A DNA stretch of 62,889 nucleotides, the filler included, from Chiloscyllium plagiosum (taxonomy: Eukaryota): assembly GCF_004010195.1 (NCBI RefSeq). It is 5 parts of one record of this genome, joined end to end, with 100 filler letters (N's around TTAATTAATTAA, not from the genome) between each part and the next. Parts side by side here need not be neighbours in the genome. Positions count along the whole stretch, not along the records: positions 15,617 to 34,924 come from NC_057711.1; positions 35,025 to 46,689 come from NC_057711.1; 3 more parts are not named here. One strand, 5' to 3'. The position numbers and the translations under genes were made by a program. The notes below the pieces were generated by a model that did no database searches, was not told where the DNA came from, and worked only from the letters and a program-made list of their open reading frames with translations. Within the stretch, counting starts at the first letter, position 1. Every line of letters begins with the position of its first letter. This document shows positions 26,165 to 39,518 of the stretch, piece by piece.

Positions 26165-26538
26165 CTGTGGCTCAGTGACTAGAACTCTTGCCTCTGAGTC
26201 AGGAAGTTGTTCCTTCAAGCCTGACTCTAGAAACGTGAATTAGTGGTGCTGCTTTGAGAAGTGACTTTAAACTGAAACTCTGTCTTCCCTCTCAACTGCT
26301 CATAACAGGTTCCAGGATTGTGTTTTGGAGAAGGGTGGTGGAGTTACCCCTAGTGCCCTAACCAATACTACACCTCAACAAGTTATCTGGTTGTTATCAC
26401 ATTGGCATTTGGGGCTGCTTGCATAAATTGGCTGTTATGTTCATACGGGATAACAGTGATGACACCATAAAGCACTTTGGAACATCATGGGAATGTAAAA
26501 GGTACTATATTAATTCAAGTCCTTTCTTTTATCTTTTA
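26165..26538 (+). mobile_element. Old SacSINE1/Deu-domain-like SINE
   Basis: tRNA-like head tggctcagtg..cttgcctctgagtcag..ttcaagcc; central ttatctggttgttatcacatt..aaattggctg; 3' aagcactttgg..aaaggtactatat..aagtcctttctttt. Confidence 0.65.
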
Positions 26539-28139
26539 GGGCATCTCTGGTACTTAGTTGTGTGACCATCCTCTGTATTTAAATTTGAAAAATCACAAGT
26601 CAAGAATTTTAGTTCTGTGCTCCTGCAATCAGTAATGCTCCATGAGAGGACCATGGCTCAGTGAGTGAGAAATCAAATGTCTAATCTAGAATATTGGCAA
26701 TCTCAGTGGTCATCATCAACGCTGATGTCATTGTCCACATCCATGCTTTCCTGAATGTATCGGGGACAGCGATAGGGAATGGAGCCCTGACTAAATGTTT
26801 GGATAAATCTCTTAGTAAAGAATTATCACTATCCCACCGAACCGTCTAAAAGCATATTGTAAGATGTTTTCCTCAGCCCATTGGATTTATTGAGAATTGA
26901 CTTTGTTTCCCTTTTAATTAGCTATTATATTCCACTGAATTAAAAAAAAAGATGAGCTTTGAAGTAATTCTTTCCAGGTTCCTGTATTGTGAAGCATAAA
27001 ACAACTGCTTCAGATTTCTTTTTTAACCTTATTTAAACAGATTCTGTTTATACACAATTGAACCAATCTAAAATAGTTATGCTTCTATGCACATGCAGTA
27101 CATTGGATCATATCAGTTCCATCTGCTGCAACAGATTATGAACTAAAATGTGCAGTGCCGAAATAAATGCTGAAAAACAAACATCGCATCGTTTGAATTG
27201 ACTGTTCAAGCAAACGGAGGGCCTCTGTGAATTGGACAATTTTATGACTTTTTTATTATCATTTCTGCAGCTGTTCAAACATTAGAGGATGATATAATAA
27301 GTGATACAATATAAAAAAAATACAGAAAAACAGCAAGCAGAAACATTTCCACAAAGCCTTACAGGTCCCTTCTCTTTCTTGTGAAGACTGATCTGAGCGC
27401 TACATTGGCATCTTTATGTGGATTCACATACTGTGGCTTGAATCATACAGTCGCTATACAATTCTAACAATGGCAATTTAGACTCCTACAGTGCTACTCA
27501 CATAAACAGCGCTTTACAAGACAAGTGAAAGACAGTAAACTTCAAAGCAGGCAGGAAAGTGTGAATTTGGGGTGTGCAGATGAAGGCATACTTGGAGAGG
27601 AGGGTATTGAGGACCATTTTGAAAAGTATGCCAATAATAGCAAGCCACTGGGATCTAGTAAAAAGAGTCCCTAGGAGTTTCTGTAATATGCTTAGAAGTA
27701 AAATGTCAGATAACATCAGTTCCAATGGAGAAACAAATTTTGCAACACATGGCTGGAGGAAATCAGGAAGAAAAATATGGTAAAGCCATGAGAGATTTAA
27801 TAGCAAAATCAAAGACAAGTCGCTAAAGTATGTGAGTTCTTGGACTTTACAGGACCAGAATAATTGAAATGCTGGATTTTCTGCCAGTGATTCTAAATCA
27901 GTTGTAATTTGTGAAGAATGGACGCTTCATACAAAATGTGGATTGAACCTTATGTTCAGATGGTATTTGAATAACATTTCAGACTCTTGTCATAGCGGCG
28001 ACACTGTCAGCACAATTAATACTGCAGCAGTTTAAGGAAATAACCCACTTCTACCTTCTGCAAGAAACTGATCCAGAATGTCCCACATCCTCAGAACAAA
28101 TTTAGAAAGACTGGAAAAAATTTGCCTTGGAAACGATGA

Positions 28140-28261
28140 TGTGGAGGAGCCGGTGTTGGATTGGGGTGGGCAAAGTTAAAAATCACACAACACCAGGTTA
28201 TAGTCCAACAGGTTTATTTGAAAGCACTAGCTTTCAGAGCACTGTTCCTTCATCAGGTAAC
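28140..28261 (-). mobile_element. PLE-type terminal fragment, third family
   Basis: Minus strand CTGATGA-A-GGAAC-AGT-GCTCT-GAAAGCTA-GTG (28228-28256); direct repeat tggaaac[g/a]atga at 28128-28139 and 28262-28273. Confidence 0.78.
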
Positions 28262-28872
28262 TGGAAACAATGAATGATGGGTAGACAGTTAATCAATGTC
28301 CTTCGCTTGTCAGTCATTAACTGGTGTGGCAGCTTAGGCTGATTGATGTTCAAATGCTGTCTTTTCACATTTGCATTTGGACTGCAAATGATCTACCATA
28401 ACCTGGTGCTGTTCGGTGAAGCCCCACGAATGAGGGACGGAAAGACAAAATTTTAAAAAGAAGGGGCTGCCCCTAATAACGGTGTCATAGCAGCTGGTTT
28501 AAATAGCAACGGTTATCATGTTCAGTGGGGGTTGTCAGAATACAAGTATAGAAATGGATTCAACCAAAGAAATTTAAAGAAGAAACCAAATCCTTGAAAT
28601 ACAACTGACTCAGTCAAAATCCCTAGAGTTGTAAGCTCAATTACAGTTGGTGGTCAGCCCAATCACACATTGCTACACCTGGTTTAGTAACCTGAATAAA
28701 AAGATCAGCCATAATAACCCACAAATGGTTTTGTTTGCACTGAACAAGAGTAATGGACCCACAGCAGAAAGGGGAGCTTAAACATAGGTGCAGTTTTGAG
28801 AATGGCTGGACGTTTTGGGCCTGTTGACTGATGGTGGACAACATCAGTTCCCAGACCTCCAGGTCAGAAGAT

Positions 28873-30160
28873 ATAGAGCCGTAGAGTCATAGAGATATAC
28901 TGCAATGAAATAAATCATTTAGTCCAACTGGTCTATGCCAACCAGATATCCTATCCCATTTGGCAGCATTTGGCCAATATCCTTCTAAACCTTCTATTCA
29001 TATATCCATCCAGATGCGTTTTAAATATTGTAAGTGTACCAGCCTCCACCACTTTGGCAGCTCATTCCATATACGCACTACCTCTGCAAGAAAACGTTGC
29101 CCCTTGGGTCTCTTTTATATCTTACCCCTGTCACCCTAAACCTATGCCCTCTAGTTCTGGATTCCCCCACCACAGGGAAACGACCTTGTCTATTTACCCT
29201 ATCCATGCCCCTCATGATTTTATCAACCTCTATAAGGTCACCCCTCAGCCTCCACGGCTGCAAAGAAAATAACCCCAGCCTGTTTATCCTCCCCTGATAG
29301 CCCAAATTCTTCAACCCTGGAAACTTCTTGTAAATCTTTTCTGAACCCCTTCAGTATTCTACAAGTGGCTGAACCCGTGTCACATACAGCTGCAACATTA
29401 CCTCCCAACACCTATACTCAATGCTTTGACCAATAAAGGCAAGCACATCAAACACCTTCTTCACTATCCCATCGACCTGTGATTCCACTTTCAATGAACT
29501 TTGAACCTGCACTCCAAGGTTTCTGTTCAGCAACGCTCCCTAGGGCTTTATCATGAAGTATATAAGTCCTGCCCTGATTTGCCTTTCCAAAATGCAGCAC
29601 CTTGCATTTATCTAAATTAAACTACATCTGCCATTCCTCAGCCCATTGGCCCATCTGATCAAGATTCTGTTGTAATCTGAGGTAACCTTCTTTGCTGTCC
29701 ACTACACCTCCAATTTTTGTGTCATCTGCAAACTAATACTAACCATACCTCCTATGTTCACATCCAAATCGTTAATATAAATAACAAAAAGCAATGGTCC
29801 TAACACCAATCCTTGTGGCACACTGCTGGTCACAGGCTTCCAGTTTGAAAAGCAACCCACCACCACCACCCTCTATCTTTTATCTTTGAGCCAGTTCTGT
29901 ATCCAAATCGCTAGTTCTCCTTGTATTCAGTGAGATCCAATCTTGCTAACCAGTCTCCCATGGGGAACCTTGTCGAACGCCTTATTGGAGTCCATATAGA
30001 TCACATCTACCACTCTGCCCTCATTAACCTTCTTTGTTACTTCTTCAAAAAACTCAGTCAAATTTGTGAGACATGATTTCCCATGCACAAAGCCATGTTG
30101 ACTATCTCTAATCAGTCCTTGCCTTTCCAAATACATGTACATCCTGTCCATCAGGATTCC
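28873..30160 (-). mobile_element. CR1/HER1 LINE fragment
   Basis: SQHGFVHGKSCLTNL, D..KAFDKVPH, FADDTK, TRGHRF; 3' tail at 28873-28895. Confidence 0.92.
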
Positions 30161-30899
30161 AGCCAACAAACGTCCATCACAAACCACTCCAGACCTCCAT
30201 CAACCCCAAGTAGAACAGTAAAGTGGACCTTCCAACCTCAAGCTCATGGCTCAGTGGAACCTTTGACAGGCACTCCTGCACTTGGAGCTTTTAAGTTGCA
30301 GGAGGAAGAAAGTAGGACATGTGGGTTGAAATCTAGTACTCAACAGGCTCCAAAACATACTTTTGGGGCAGTCTGAAAAATTCCAAGGTGATGGTAGTGA
30401 GAAGTGTGGAGATCTGGCATAATTGTTTGCAAGAAATCACTGAATATTTAGAAGCAGTATATTGCCAAGAAGAAGTCAGCGTCCAAAGGAGTATAGTAGG
30501 CAAAGGAGTATGGTTACATTATTGGGGAGGAAGATCGTATATCATTTATAACAATAATCCAAAAGCCTGGGTGAATAATCGGGACAACTGAATTCAATCC
30601 CTACTACAAGCTTAACATCTATCTGCCATCTGTATTGGTTCAGAAAGTTACTCAGATCTGTTAAAGCTGGCACGATTTACTGCACCACATTCCAGGAGCT
30701 AGCTCAACCCACCCCCCCCACCCCCCCACACACAATTCCAAGGCTATTAAGGGTTTGGGCAGTAAACGTTGGCCTACCCGTGACCATACATAAGATCTGA
30801 TAACCATTAAGGAAAGTGTGACTGCTGGATGACTCGGATTGCTTTCTGAATATTGAGGGTAATGTGGTATTCAAAAAGAATATGAAACTAAGTAAAGAT

Positions 30900-32392
30900 G
30901 TAAGCTTAACACTATTGGTGAATGATGGCATTTAGAGGTGCCCTTGTTCTGGAGACCAGGATGTCTGGGTGAAGATGAGGAATATTTGGGGAAATGAGCC
31001 ACTAATGAGAGGCCTATTACCAATAACTATAATTTAGGATGAATTATACAAAAATAAATATTGGTTGCATGTGATAAAAGCATGGCAATAATCTTGGGTA
31101 ACTTTAATCGACATATAAAGTTGAATAATTAGGTAGCCAGGATAAGGAATTTATTGAATACTTTTGAGATTTTTCTTGGGGCTGCATGTTCTGGAATCAA
31201 ACAGAGAACAGGCTAGAGGATAGATCAGTCCGGATGCAGTGGCAGATATTTAAGGGGATATTATAGAACACTTAGATAAGTATATTTCTACTATAAAGAA
31301 AAATTCGAAGGGGCATATGCATCATCCATGATTAATGAAAGAAGTTAAGAAAAACATCGAACTGAAATATAAAAGATAACATTGTGCAAACACAGGTGGG
31401 AGGTGGGAGGTCAGATGATTTGACAGAATGCAAAAAATGACAGAGAATTACTAAAAAAATTAATTAGGATGTAGAAATAAAATGATGACAGAAAGCTAGC
31501 CGGGAATGCAAAGTGGATAGCAAGCTTTGTCACAAGTTTATGAAAAGGAAAAGAGCAAGGAAAGTGAGTGTTAGTCCTCTCAAGAGTGAGATAGGGTATT
31601 CATACTACATAATAAGGAAATGTACAAATATTTTGCTTTGTTTTCACTGTAGAGGATACTTAAAAAACATTTCAGTTATAACAGGACCTCAGGAGGTGGA
31701 AATCGAAGAATAATTTATGAAATTGCTATCATGGGGTGGTCCTGAACAATTAATGGTCCCACGGCTGATACATTCCTGGGCCCTCACAGACTTCATACTA
31801 GTAGTTTCAGCAAAGTAGGTAATGTAGGTGATTTTGGCATTAAATTACAAAATTTGCTGAATTCTGGAAAGGTTACATTAGACTAGAAAGTTGCAAATAT
31901 AGTCCCCACCCCCCTCCATCCCCCATCCTCGATTCAAGAAGGGCGGGAGGCAGAAGACAAGAAACTATAGGCTAGTTCACTTTATGTCTGTCATGAAAAG
32001 AGTGCTGGAATGGATCATTAGGAGTTTATAGCTGAGTACTTAGAAAAGCTCAAGGTAATCAGGAGAAGTCAGCATGTTTTAGGGGAAGGCAAATCATGTT
32101 CAAACAACTTATTGGAGTTCTTTGAAGGAGTAACATTTGTTGTAGATAAAGGGAGGCTATGGACAAACAGTACTTTACACACAGTAAAACCTCATGTTGT
32201 AAATACTAACGTATTGGCATGGGTAACGAATTGGTTGGCTGGCAGAAAAAAAGAGTGCAAATGAAGTGGTCTTTGTCAGATTGGCAAGATGTAACAGATG
32301 AAGTGCTATTGATATGCTCAAATGTTTATGACTTACATCAATGCATTAGATCAGGGGAGTTAATGCATGTTAGCTAATTTTGCAGATGACCC
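30900..32392 (+). mobile_element. Old decayed CR1 LINE (endonuclease end to RT)
   Basis: GNFN, PWL-like, KKGGRQK.RNYRLV, GKSCS.NLLEFFE and FADD remnants with many stops. Confidence 0.72.
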
Positions 32393-32644
32393 AAGTGAGT
32401 GAATGGTGGCCGTGTGAGTGTGGGGTTCTGGAGAGAGTGAAGAAGATCATTTACCATCTTCCTGCACTGCTGTGGACACAGGACTGACCTGAACCACTAT
32501 CTGTATCCAGGCTGGCTACATCTGGCTACGTCTGGCTGCGTGTCCACATTTGGCAGTCTGAGAAAACCAACTGGCCTACCTTTACATCACTCACAAGCAT
32601 CACCAGGTCCCTGTTTACAAATTCTGAGAACAACTGTCAACAAA

Positions 32645-32872
32645 TAGTCATAGACACAGAAAATGCTGGAGCAATTCAGCAGGTCAAACAGTATCTGTGA
32701 AGAGAGAAACAGTTAATGCCCATGTGACTCTTCTACAGAACCAAAGGAAAATCATTCTAGACTTAAACCATTTATTCTGTCCCTTTGTTCACAGATGTTA
32801 CCAGACCTGCTGGGTTTTTGTAGCACATTCTATTTATATTTTAAGATCTCTATTATCTGCAGTATTTTCGTC
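32645..32872. mobile_element. Decayed hairpin PLE-type element
   Basis: cagaaaatgctggagcaattcagcaggtc..tatctgtga is inverted against cacagatgttaccagacctgctggg..tagcacattct, followed by a tail. Confidence 0.6.
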
Positions 32873-34628
32873 CTGTAATAGGAGATAGGGAAACAGTCCA
32901 AAGAACTTTGTTTGAACATGACACTAATGACATTAGCAGACATAATCTATCCCAAGATAACTTGACATCATTTTATTGTATTTGGTCAACATAGGAATTA
33001 GCACCTTTTTGCCTTCAAGTGTTTCCAGGACCAATAGGTTTCTATTCTAATCGATAGAACATTGTTTGATTTAATATTGTCAAATAAAATGTGACAAATA
33101 ACTGATGTGACAGCAGGAGAATACTTAGAAAACTATAATAACAACATAGTTCGATTCAATGTCAAGATGGGAAAGGATAATGAAGAACTGAGGATAAGGG
33201 TTCTGGATTTAACACAAAGAAACATTCAACGATGTTAACAAAGCGTTTGGCTCAAACTAATTAGGCAAACAAATGAACAGACAAGATGATGTATTTTCAG
33301 TGGTGAATCTTCAAATATGAGCTGCATAAGAACACAAAATAACGTCTTAGCTAAAAGGGAGCAGCATTAAAGTACTGAGTTCTGTGGGTAAACAGTGAAT
33401 TGCCTTCTGCTGGAGTTCTCTTGATTTCTAGCATAATTTTGGCAGCTGATCAACAGAAACCTTGTTGAAGTGACATAAACAGCTAGGAACAGCTTCTATC
33501 TCTGGGGAGTCTTCTCATCTGCCGATGTTACAGCATAAGATCTGGCAACTAGAGCTAAACTAAAACAAAAAGAAGCAATAGTAAACTTCTGGCTAACAGC
33601 ACTAAAGGCAACCATAAAAAAAGATGAACTCGGTGAAAATGATGATTAGAAGGGCTAATATGGAACCTGAAACATAGCATAGAACCTAAAAGGGAGAAGT
33701 AACTGCTTTCAGCACACAGAAAGTGAAAGGATACTAAAATAGATTGTAAGACCTTTCAAGTCAATTGACAATAAAATCAGACTAAATGTAAAACAGGCAA
33801 CCAATCCCATCCCATCAGCTTTCAAGAATGTAGGCCAGGAACTGATCTGGCACAAACAGGGATTCAACTTCCTGAACTGTCTGGTTGGAGTGTTGGTCAG
33901 GTTTAGAGGTTCTCACTGCAATTTAATAAAGTAATTCTGCATTTTTGTTTTGCATGGTATACTTGCACAGTTCACAGAGCAGCAGGTGTTTCTGGTTCAG
34001 TGCATGTGGATGTTGAAGCTTGCAGCAATAGGCTATTGACATCATATCTGTTGAGTGCTCTCCTAAGCTGTAAACAGTCATGTGAATGATTTTTTTTTGC
34101 TGAATGGAAACTATTTCACACAGAAACTATTCAGTATTATATGAAGCAGAATATGGCCATTTATAGAAGGAGAGCATGTTTGTTAGTTTTTCTCCTTTCA
34201 ATAAATTGAATAGCTGGTGGCTTTCCTATGGCACTGCTAATAACTAACCAATAGCACTACTTTATTAGGAAAGGAATGTTTCACCACTTACTGTTCTTTT
34301 GCTAAGATGCAGCTATGTTAGATGAAGTCACAAAATTATTACTCCTCAGGATTTATTCTTGTCTGCCTCATCCAACCTCCTTAGCAAACTTTCCTTTCCA
34401 AATTGTACTCTGTTTCCCACCTCTATCTCCTGTCAAAAGTTCTTGCCCCCCCAATTCATTACCCAGTTCATCATTTCCAATTCTTCTCTTTTGAATATTT
34501 GCATTCTACATGCCCCAATAAAGCGCATCAATAATAACTTTTGAGATTCTGATCAAGATATTAACCATCTTTGTCTTTGCCCTTACAATGAGTTTGATAA
34601 AGTTGTTCACTATTGCTATCCTTTCTCT

Positions 34629-34923
34629 GTAAAAACAATGACTGCAGATGCTGGAAACCAGATTCTGGATTAGTGGTGCTGGAAGAGCACAGCAATTCAG
34701 GCAGCATCCGAGGACAGGCAAAATCCGAGGACAGGCAAAATTGACGTTTCGGGCAAAAGCCCTTCATCAGGAATAAAGGCAGAGAGCCTGAAGCGTGGAG
34801 AGATAAGCTAGGGGAGGGTGGGGGCGGGGAGAGAGTAGCATAGAGTACAATGGGTGAGTGGGGGAGGAGATGAAGGTGATAGGTCAGGGAGGAGAGGGTG
34901 GAGTGGATAGGTGGAAAAGGAGC
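34629..34923 (-). mobile_element. Young PLE-type terminal repeat with intact hammerhead-like core, truncated by gap
   Basis: Reverse complement of the 1-298 family; core CTGATGA-A-GGGC-TTTT-GCCC-GAAAC-GTC at 34743-34770. Confidence 0.82.
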
Positions 34924-35024
34924 TNNNNNNNNNNNNNNNNNNNNNNNNNNNNNNNNNNNNNNNNNNNNTTAATTAATTAANNNNNNNNNNNNNNNNNNNN
35001 NNNNNNNNNNNNNNNNNNNNNNNN

Positions 35025-36105
35025 AGAGATATTTGCCTCTTTCAGCGAAGGCGGGAGACAGCCCTGACTATATACATGTCCATAAGTGGACCAGCCAATA
35101 TTTCTGTAAATTCTTTATAGAGTTCAGCTTGAAAACCATCTGGGCCAGGTGCCTTACCGCTTTGAAGTTGCCTGATTGCGTCAAGTATTTCTTGGACTGT
35201 TAGGGGAGCATTTAAGACCGATACCTGTTCCGGAGTTAGGCCCGGAAAGATCAATTTTTTTAAAAATGATTGCATCCTCCTAGTCCTGTCTTCACAATCC
35301 TGCGATTTATATAAATCAGAATAAAATTTTCTAAAGATTGCATTAATCTTTTTATGATCATGAGTCAAAATACCCATACTTTCCTTGATAGACGTGATAG
35401 TTTGAGGGGCCTTATTTTTCCTTGCAAGAAATGCTAAGTATCTACCCGGTTTGTTTTGCAAATAATATTTCCCTCTTAGCCATTTGGGTAAGCGTAGTGT
35501 ATAGAGCTGTCCTAAGGGCCATAATCCTTTGCAATTTAACAATAGAAGGTCTATCAGCGTATGCAGTTTCAGCTGCTTTTAAGCGAGCTTCGAGCAGACG
35601 CTGTTGTTCTCCCTTTAATTTTTCCTGGGTCGCTGAGTAGGAGATGATCAAACCTCACGCGTAAGCTTTGATGGTCTCCCACATCATTGACGGGTTGCTA
35701 GCCGTACCTAAATTAATTTCTAAAAAAGTTTTAAATTCTTGAAAGAAGTACTTTACAAATTTACTATCTTTCATCAGGAAGGGGTCCATACGCCAACGCC
35801 GAGGGGATGTCCCGTTGTTCCTCGCCTTGATTTCCATATATACAGCAGCGTGGTCGGAAATTGCTATACTACCTATTTTACAAGATGATATGGAATTTTA
35901 AAAAATCAAGGGAGCAAAAAACATTTCAAATCTGGTATGACATTTATGTGGATTGGAGTAAAAAGAAAAATCTCTGCCCTGTGGATGAAGACATCTCCAT
36001 ACATCTACTAATCCTAATTCTTTGTTCAGATCCACCAATAGTCTAGATCTGGGAGATACTCCTGCAGTACTCTTGGGAATCCTATCTATTTCCGGATCCA
36101 TAATA
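35025..36105 (-). mobile_element. L1/Tx1-clade LINE ORF2 fragment (endonuclease end, linker, RT start)
   Basis: GLVDVWR, SDH, WRMDPFLM, WETIKAY, GKAPGPDGF motifs with frameshifts. Confidence 0.9.
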
Positions 36106-36107
36106 CA

Positions 36108-37135
36108 GAACTGCCTTCTCTTTAATGTCGACGTACAATCCCATTACACATTCATCCTCCAGCAGGATGGTCTCAGGGGGCTCCGCTTCTTCCTGGAACA
36201 AAGATCTGAACTGTCCCCACCCACCACCACCCTCTTCTGCCTGGCTAAGTTTGATTTAGCCCTGAACAACTTCTCTTTTAACTCCTCACATTTTCTTCAG
36301 GTCAGAGGGGTGGCCATGGGTTCCCAGATGGGCCCCCAGTTATGCCTGTCTCTTTCAGGGCTATGTGAAACATTCCTGATCCAGTCCTACTTCAGTCCCC
36401 ACCCATAACTCTTTCTCCAGTACATTGATGACATCAAGGTGTTGCTTCCCTCTCTTGTATGGAATAAGAAAATGTTGTCAGTGTTGCTTCCAATTTCTTA
36501 CCTTCACCAGGAGTATATCTGATTCCTCCCTTCCCTTCCTCAACATCTCTGTTTCCTTTTCTGGGTATAGACTGACCACCAACATCCACTACAAACCCAC
36601 AGACTCCCACAATTGCCTTGACCACATATCTTCGCAACCTGTCACCTGTAAAAACTCTGTTCCATTCTTCCAGTTACTTTGTCTCTGTTGCATTTGTTCT
36701 GATGAGGCCAACTTCAACAGAAGAGCCTCTGATATGTTCACCTTCTTCCTCAACCAAGAATTCTCTAGCACCGTAGTTCACTGGGCCCTCAGCCAGTCTG
36801 AGCCATGTCTTGCACTCTGGCTCTCACCCCCTCTCTTCCCTTCAACAACAGTGAAAGGGTCCCCCTTTTCCTTACCTACCATCCCACCAGCATCCACATC
36901 CAGCGGATTATTAGTTGCCATTTTCACAACCTCCATCAGGATGTCACCACTAGATACATATTCCCCTCCCCTCTCTTATCTGCCTTCTTCTGGGACCCTG
37001 CCCTTTGGGACATGGTCAACTCCTCCTCCACTCCCAACACCTCCCCCACAGCTCTATGATACTTTCCCCTGCAACCACAGAAGGTGTAACACCTGCCCAT
37101 TTACTTCCTCCCTCCTCATTATCCAAAGGACAAAC
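36108..37135 (+). pseudogene. Penelope-like element reverse transcriptase fossil (RT, thumb, Cys-rich linker)
   Basis: DVQSHYT, NNFSFNSSHFLQVRGVAMGS, QYIDD, LPFLNISV, HYKPTDSH, VPLFLTYHP, FPCNHRRCNTCPF; frameshifted. Confidence 0.88.
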
Positions 37136-37142
37136 ATACCTT

Positions 37143-37410
37143 CCTCACAGCACCAGGGACCTGGGTTTGATTCCAACCTTGGGGTGACTGTGAACTTTGC
37201 ATGTTCTCCACGTGTCTGCTTGGGTCTTCTCTGTGTGCTCCGGTTCCCTCTCACAGTCCAAAGATGTGCACGTTAAGTGGACTGACCATGTTAAATATAC
37301 AGTTATGAGGATCCAGTAGAGGGCTGGGTTTGGATGAGATCCCCTTCAGCGGGTCAGTGTAGACTCGATAGGCCAAATTGCCTCTTTCTGCACTATAGGG
37401 ATTCTATGAG
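37143..37410 (+). mobile_element. Older HE1/V-SINE copy
   Basis: cctcacagcaccagggacctgggtttgattcc..tttgcatgttctcc..cacagtccaaagatgtgc. Confidence 0.8.
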
Positions 37411-37799
37411 ATGAAAGTGAATGGTTGAGCTATTGCAGATTGTGCACATGGGGAGGTGTCTTGAGAAAGTGAGTTGCAGTGCAGAGAGCATGCAGGCTTA
37501 GTAGCATCAGGATTCTGGGTGAGTGACAGCGAGTGAAGGAAGATACTGCAGACAATAACAACAGTGATAAAGTATGAGCTCTGGTTGGAGTTGAGTACCA
37601 GTACAGGTGATAGTATGAGCATTGGAAAGACAATGGTAGCACGTACAGAGATGAAGGGAAGATCGTTGACCTACTTCATGACTGGGCATTCCACCAGACG
37701 GTACCGAGCCAGGTGGCACCTTGAACCGGGTTGGCATGCTCTGGTGCTGTGACCTTCACTGCCAGTCATCAAGGTAGTTGATGTCCTGCCTCTGCATTA

Positions 37800-39518
37800 C
37801 CCTGTCCACCAGGTCCTTCAGATCTCTTCTTGCAAAGTCGAATGTCAAATTTCCCTTGTCTGCCAGAAGTGCTAAGCATATGATCCATCTTGCCCTCCTC
37901 CAATGGTGCCTAAATACCAGTCTTCAGCCAATTCAATTCATAGATGTGACAGCAAGAAACATTTGGAGATAGTGGATGCTATGAAGACTGTGGGCCCTAA
38001 TAACATGCCGGCAATATGACTGAAGATTTGTGCTCTGGAACTTGCCACTTCCCAAGCCAAGCTCTTCCAGCCCAATTACAACACTGACATCTACCCGATA
38101 GTATGGAAAATCACCAGGTCCGTACTGCTCATAGAAAGCAGGACAAATCCAACCAGGCCAATTAATCCTACACATTTACTCTTGATTATCAATAAAAGTG
38201 ACTGAAGGTGACTTTAACAGTGCTATCAAGCAACACCTGCTCAACAATAACCTGCTCAGTTTTGCCCAGTTTAGGTTCAATCGGGGCCATTCAGCTTCTA
38301 ACCTCATTACAGCCTTGGCTCAAACATGGACAAACGAGCTGAATTCCAGAGGTGAGGTGAGAGTGACAGCTCTTGACCTCAAGGCTGCATTTGACTGAGT
38401 GTGGCTTCAGGAGTCCCAGCAAAACTGGAATCAATGGGTGTTGGGGGGCAAACTCTCTTTTGGTTAGACTCATACCTGGCACATAGGAAGATGGTTGTGA
38501 TTGTTGGACGTCAGTCATTTCAGATCGAGAACATTTCTACAGGAGTTCCTCAGAATAGTGTCCTAAGCCCAACCATCTTCAGCTGCTTCATCAGTGACCT
38601 TCCCTCCAGCATAAGATCAGAAGTGGGATGTTTGATGATGATTGCATAATGTTCAGCATCATTCACGACTCCTCAGATACTGAAGCAGGCCACATTCAAA
38701 TGCAACAAGATCCGAACAATATCCAGGCTCGGGCTGACAAATGGCAAGTAACAGATTCATGCCACACAGATGTCAAGTTATTACAATCAGCAATAAGAGA
38801 CAATTTATCCATTGCCCCTTGATATTCATTAGTGTTACCATCACTGAATCCCCTACTATCAACATGCTTGGGGTTATCGTTGACCAGAAACCCAACTGGA
38901 CTCACAACATGAACACAGTGGCTACAAGAGCAGGTCAGAGACTAGGAATACTGTGGTGATTAACTCACTTCCTGACTTCTCAACGCCTGTCCATAATCTA
39001 TGAGGCAAGAGTCAGGAATGTGATGGATTACTCTCCACTTGCCTGGATGAGTGCAACTCTAACAACACTCAAGAAGTTTGACACCATCCAGGACAAAGCA
39101 GCCCACTTGATTGGGACCACATCCACAAACATCCATTTTGTCCATCACCGATGCTCAGTGTACTCTATCTACAAGGTGCACAGCAGAAATTCACCAAAGA
39201 TCCTTGGACAGCATCTTATAAGCTCATAACCACTTTCATCTAGAAGGACAAGCCGCAGATATATGGGAAGACCACCACCTGCAAGTTCCCCTCCAAGCCA
39301 CTCACCATCCTGACTTGGAAATATATAGCCATTCCTTCACTGTTACTGAATCAAAATCCTGGAATTCCCTCCTTGATTGCATTGTAGGTCAATCCACAGC
39401 ACATAGACTGCAGGGGCTCAAGAAGGCAGTTCCCTACCATCTTCTTATAGGCAACTGGGGTAGAGTTATAAATGGTGGCCCAGCTAGTGATGCTCACATG
39501 CGATGAGTGAATAAAAAT
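37800..39518 (+). mobile_element. L2/CR1-group LINE, RT region to 3' end
   Basis: AQFRFNRGHS, TALDLKAAFD, GVPQNSVLSPTIF, FDDDC, YSPLAWMSA; ends atgagtgaataaaaa. Confidence 0.85.

Noticed and set aside
27498..27818. Hydrophobic 106-aa minus-strand ORF
   Set aside because: No recognisable similarity to CTL1 or other families; the hydrophobicity follows from the purine-rich opposite strand
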